From positions 34,693,737-34,757,736 of the forward strand of contig CP154954.1 in the NCBI GenBank assembly GCA_039621445.1: 64,000 bases of DNA, given 5' to 3'. The position numbers and the translations under genes are program-made. The stretch comes from Euglena gracilis. Taxonomy: Eukaryota. Positions 59,501 through 64,000 of this stretch are shown here, piece by piece. The stretch's first letter is position 1, and the number at the start of each line of letters is the position of its first letter. The notes below the pieces were generated by a model that ran no database searches, was not told where the DNA came from, and worked only from the letters and a program-made list of their open reading frames with translations.

Positions 59501-61053
59501 GGGGGGGCCAAAATCCATGGATTTTAGGCCATTCTGGCCCAAATGGCCGAAATGACCGACCCCCACCTCCCGGGTGGGGGTAGGTGGGGGTCGGACACAC
59601 TTTAAGCAATGGCATGGCCCAGACCCTTCTCAAACCCCTGAATGCGATGATTTCACCCCATTGCGAAGCGATGGGCTGGGTTTTCAAACCATCGACTCAA
59701 ACTGTCAAACTGTCTAGGAACTTTTGGTGCCCCCCCAGGGGTTTTGACCCGGGTTGGGTCCAACAGAGGAGGGGGTCACCTTCAAGGGAGTTCAAGTTGT
59801 GCCCATTAGCCCAGGGAGGTCACTTTCCCTATACTTGAACTCATGTGCCACATAACTGGATGAATTTCCGAGACATCCTATCAACGTTGGACAACATTTT
59901 GGGAAATGTGTGTTTTCGATGTCTCCCAACCAATTCGTCAGGCATCTCTACATGGAAATCATTCCCCGTGTACATTCTTGAACCCAGGAAGTTTTTTCCC
60001 AGGGGCCAGGTTTGGCCCAATGGAGGAGGGGGGGGTTCAAATTTCAGGGGTTCAAGTTGGGCCCAACAACCCAGGGGGTCGATAGCCGGGGGGGGGGGCT
60101 GTGACACATGGCGGAGGTGGCAAAAAAATGTGAAAATGATACAGCAAACGCCCCTGCTGTTGGAACGGATCGACATTTTGAATGAAACTCCAGAGAACAG
60201 TTGTTGGAACTTTTTGACAGAGTTTCTGACCTTTTCAAAAATCATTTGGATTTTTGACAGAATTCGCAAAATATTTTGACAGACTTTTGTGGAAAAAAAT
60301 GACACAGAATTTGAGACATTTATATGGAGTTTCGTGCAATAAGGCTGTTTCATGAAAGGTGTCAAAAAGCTTAAAATGAAATGCAATTTTGTTCTAAAAA
60401 CCCTGTCCAAAAGATTAATAAAACCCGGTGAAAACGTTCAGGAAATTCTGTCAAACTGGCACACACCCCCAGACTCCTCTTGCCAGTCTCCATTGAATCC
60501 AATTCACGTCCGGACAAAAATGACAGGAAACAAAAATGATGGGGAAAAATTTGACGGAAAATATTCGATTTGGATAAAAAAAATTGGCTAAATTAATGAT
60601 AGGAAAATTCAACTTTTCACAGAAAATGGTGGAATTTTTCCCACTTGTGATGAAAAACTCAAAAAAAAAAACCTCGGCATTCCCAAAAAATGGTCAAATT
60701 GGTCTTCTGGGCGTCTTTTCTGTGGTTTCCAAAAAAAACCCAAAAATGAACATATGTCAAAATGCAATGCATTTGTGTCTGAAAGTTGACTACCCGTGAG
60801 CATGGGTTCTCAAAAAGGGTGTAGAAAGAGTACACGGGGAAAAAATAACGGAAAACATGCTGGGAAAAACCGGGTGGCTTCCCATCCTTGTTTCTTGTCG
60901 TTTTTTTGTCCGGACTGCAGGTGCTTAAGGGCACTTAAGGGCGAATAATAAGAATGGTGAATGGCATGTGTGCTTGGAAGTCAGGTACCTGTGCTGGAAA
61001 TTGAGAGCTTGACATTTCGGGCAGTTCCATTCACCTCGTTTCAGTTGACGTTT
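44513..61053 (-). CDS. Multi RanBP2-type (NZF) zinc-finger protein, partial; exons include 60989-61053, about 55050-55100, 54701-54771, 47412-47477, 47241-47326, about 46860-46926, 44513-44616
   Basis: At least five W-x-C-x1/2-C-x3-N-x6-C-x2-C fingers: GEWNCPKCQALNFQHR|ALCHACK; GDWICNCGVMNFKSRSACRMC; GDWACKCGERNFRKR|ASCRRCK; GDWVCPSCS|VINFATKFQCVECK; GDWICPQCHRLNFSARFTCISC. Half-fingers at about 50790-50825 and 52400. Resolved junctions are GT-AG; gene ends are not resolved. Confidence 0.82.
52454..52857. mobile_element. MITE with poly-C/poly-G ends (Tc1/mariner-like class inferred)
   Basis: CCCCCCCCCTATGTCCAATGACC / GGTCGTTGGACATAGGGGGGGG; TA on the left flank only. Confidence 0.7.
53656..54083. 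mobile_element. MITE with AAAATAAGACCC repeats
   Basis: TAAACCCCCCCCCAAAAATAAGACCC / GGGTCTTATTTTTGGGGGGGGGGTTTA; the motif is repeated internally. Confidence 0.75.
55101..60988 (-). other. 5.9-kb GT-AG intron splitting a zinc finger
   Basis: CACAG|GTACCT...CTCAACAG|GGCG; the join restores the exact N-x6-C spacing. Confidence 0.7.
57587..58052. mobile_element. hAT-like MITE (family B)
   Basis: CAGGGGATTTTTTAAG / CTTAAGAAATCCCATG; perfect TSD GCTGCAAA (57579-57586, 58053-58060). Confidence 0.9.
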
Positions 61054-61542
61054 CTGTAAAGAGAAGCAACTGGAGATATCATAGGCAACAAACAATTTCA
61101 AAAAAAATACAGCTCTTTTTGGGAATGTATTGAAACACGTCAAATGCAAACAATCGTGATTTAATGTCAACAACTGCTGTTTTGTTGCCGCCGTTATAAT
61201 GAGAGGCAGCTGCAGTACCAGTTGCAAAAGTTAGCACTGCCAGTGCTGTTGCAACACAACCAGGTCCATTTTTTAAGGCAACTTTTAAACCTTAAGATGT
61301 TTAAACCACCGTTTGGGCCTCCAGGTTCACAACAGAACCAGCAGAAACAACCAGAATCGGGATCCAAGGGGCAAAAAATATTCTGCAAACAGGACTCCTC
61401 TGGGACAGGAGACAATAATTCTGTTTAATGTGGCTACATTTGCTGGCATCGCTGGTGGTCTGATGAAAAGAGCTTTGAACAGAGATACGCTCGTGATCGT
61501 CGGAAGCTGGCGAGTTGCAAAGTGGTGCAAAATTGAAGATTA

Positions 61543-61721
61543 CCACCCCCCCCCCCCTATTGTCCCACCGACCTCCCCCCGGGAGGCCCGACCGGACAAT
61601 ATGGGGGGGGGGGGACAATATGGGGGTACCAAAGGAATTTCATTGGCCGAGCCAAAAAAAACCCCCCGTCGGCCGGGGCCGAGGGACAATATGGGGGGGG
61701 GAATATGGGGGGGGGGAGTGG
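61543..61721. mobile_element. TA-flanked MITE (Tc1/mariner-like)
   Basis: TA|CCACCCCCC..TATT ... AATATGGGG..GAGTGG|TA; internal GGACAATATGGGG repeats. Confidence 0.72.
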
Positions 61722-62157
61722 TAGAAGTCGGAAATTCTGTCTGGGGGGGTCCTTTGACCAATGGTTGGCCACGCCGGTTTTGAACCCGACGGCCCTGAAA
61801 CGCCGCTTTACAGCTAACCGCCATTATTTTGGCCCACAGTGGCCAAAACCGTGGCCCTTGGCGGCCAGTAATTTGGCCCAGAGATGCCAAAACCCAGGCA
61901 CCGCGTGCCACTATTTTGTCCCTTGGTGGCCAAAACTTTGGCTTCAAGTGCCCTGTTGCAGAACTTTCACCATTTTGGTGCCAATGTTTTGGTAACTCTG
62001 GGCCAAATAATAGCTGGCGCGAGGGGCCAACGTTCTGACAACTGTAGGCAGCTGGCATGCCCGGACGCCGGGTTTACGACAAAACTGGCTTCCACACCCC
62101 TTTTTTGAATATAAAAATTCTTCTTTTCTGTTTTTTTTGGGGGGGTCTTCTTAAGTA

Positions 62158-62471
62158 CCAATACCCCCCCCTAAATGACCCCCCTCTTGTCCCGGCCCAG
62201 ACCCCGGAGGGTCACTTAGGGGGGGGGTCACTTAGGGGGGGGGGTCGGGAAAAAAGGGTCTCGGACACCCCCCCACCCCTTTTTTCGGAATTTTTTTTGT
62301 GAAATTTGTGCTCTCTGGCATCATTTCTACTAGAAGGAAAACTCACGATTCTGAAAATCTCAAAAAAATCGGTCAATTTTGAAGACTTTTTCTTGAAAAA
62401 TTTTCCATTGTCTGGGCCGGGACCCCGGAGGGCCATTTAGGGGGGGGTCGTTTAGGGGGGGGGGGTGATGG
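62158..62471. mobile_element. TA-flanked MITE (Tc1/mariner-like)
   Basis: TA|CCAATACCCCCCCCTAAATGACC ... GGTCGTTTAGGGG..TGATGG|TA. Confidence 0.72.
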
Positions 62472-64000
62472 TAAGTTAAAATGCTGAACAGAAGGGGAAT
62501 GCAACAAGACATCTCATAAGAAATCCAAAAAGAAAAAATGCAAAAAAATGCAAATTTTTGAAGAACCATTTTCTGCTAGAATGCACTTCTTCTTCTTCTC
62601 GTCTCTGAGAAAAATGATTCATCACTTTAAACCCCTTGAAAAAAAAACTTAAAAAAAAGTTTGAAAAATCTATAATTCCTGAAAAAATCCCACTTCGAAT
62701 GCACCTGACACTCACAATTTTGGGACTTCCTGCCAAAATTGTTGACATATTTTGCCATATTTTTGGGCTCTTTTGCCAAAACGCCTGGGACCTTTCGCCA
62801 AAATCTTTGAGACTGTTGTCAAATTTTTGAGATTTCGTTTGCAGGGACTTTCTTGCTTGGTGGACTTTTTTGCAAACACTCTAAATCCAACAAATCACTC
62901 TCTGAACAAAATACTGCAACCCCACGGCTCTTTAGAGCAACACAGCAGATGTAAATCAGATCATACTCGGTGGAAATGCTTCACCCCCCCTCCCAGTGTC
63001 CCCACCAAAATGACCAAAACGTTTTGCCAAATTTGCCCCCTCAAAGAAAGTGGTCATTTGTCTTCGACGCCGAAGGTGCTGAAAACAAATTTGACCCCCC
63101 CCCAAAGTGTCCGTTTCTCTGGGCTGGCAATTTTTTTTGTGCCTGAAGGTTGGAGGGGGGTGAGACATTAGGGGGTTGGGGAACAATTGGGGGGCTCGAG
63201 GACCCCCCACCCCTAATTTTTTTGCCTGTGCAAAATTAGTTGATTTTTGTGCATAGTGGGATTCGTGATGACTTTTCTAATTTGACAAATATGAAAAATG
63301 TCGAAACAGACGTTTTTGGAGGCTTTCTCAGCCCTTTTGCAGCCTTGCCAAAATTGGTCTGTCTTGTCCCGGAGACCAATTAGCCAATTGGGGGGCGAGG
63401 AAAATGTATTTTTAGGGTACTTTTGTGCCAAAAATGGGCATTTTAGGCAAATGAGTACAAAAAATTTTCGACTGGCTAGCTCTGCCAGTGGACCCTCCAT
63501 CCTGAGTCCTGTGTTTAAAAATGCAAGGCTCAGGACAGACAGTATGCGTCTGACAAACAGACAGAAAGAGACAGTATGCGTCAAAATAGCAGTTTTTGGT
63601 GCAGAAGATGTCCTCCAAATTATCCTCAGTCAGACGGCAATAACACCCTCTTGGTCCACGGGCTGTATGTGTCGCATTCAACCCGGCACAGCTGGAATGT
63701 TTTGCTTTAAGAAAAAAACATGTTTTTTGAAAAATCTTTTAAAAAAGCATCTGTTTTGGCTTCGTTTTGAACGAGCTGCCAGCTTCGCTGGGGTTTGGAT
63801 GGACAAGGATTCCAAAAAACACACTGCAGGCAAAGGGGAACAAAAAAAATTGGAAGTCCCCAAAAAAATGCAAAAAAGCTCCAAAACTGCCAGAACAGGG
63901 AATCCCAAATCTCTGTCAAAACAACTCTCTTCATTTTCAAAAAAGTTCCAAAATTTTTGGCAAAATGTCCAAATTATGGCAAAAAGTACAAAAATGTTTT

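Overview
Eukaryotic nuclear DNA, most likely euglenid (inferred from intron architecture; the species cannot be determined). The ORF track is largely noise because the genes are split into short exons. Manual splicing recovers four minus-strand genes and a weaker fifth: an RNI-like leucine-rich-repeat protein (start 2546, runs off the left edge), a GT23/FUT8-like alpha-1,6-fucosyltransferase (5263-15894), a hypothetical coiled-coil protein (20146-30900), a tentative secreted protein (about 34455-42981) and a multi RanBP2-type zinc-finger protein (about 44513 to at least 61053). GT-AG introns coexist with 14 reconstructed non-GT-AG introns (12 well supported). The ends of the latter base-pair, often through G-U pairs, leaving exactly 3 unpaired nt at the 5' end and 5 at the 3' end. 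Introns and intergenic DNA are dense with non-autonomous TIR elements, many with CAG...CTG-type ends and perfect 8-bp target-site duplications (hAT-like). Key inference: 3+5 equals the 8-bp TSD, so this splicing geometry would remove such an element plus exactly one TSD copy, making the MITEs candidate intron generators. No transposase, RNA gene or CRISPR array was recognised.
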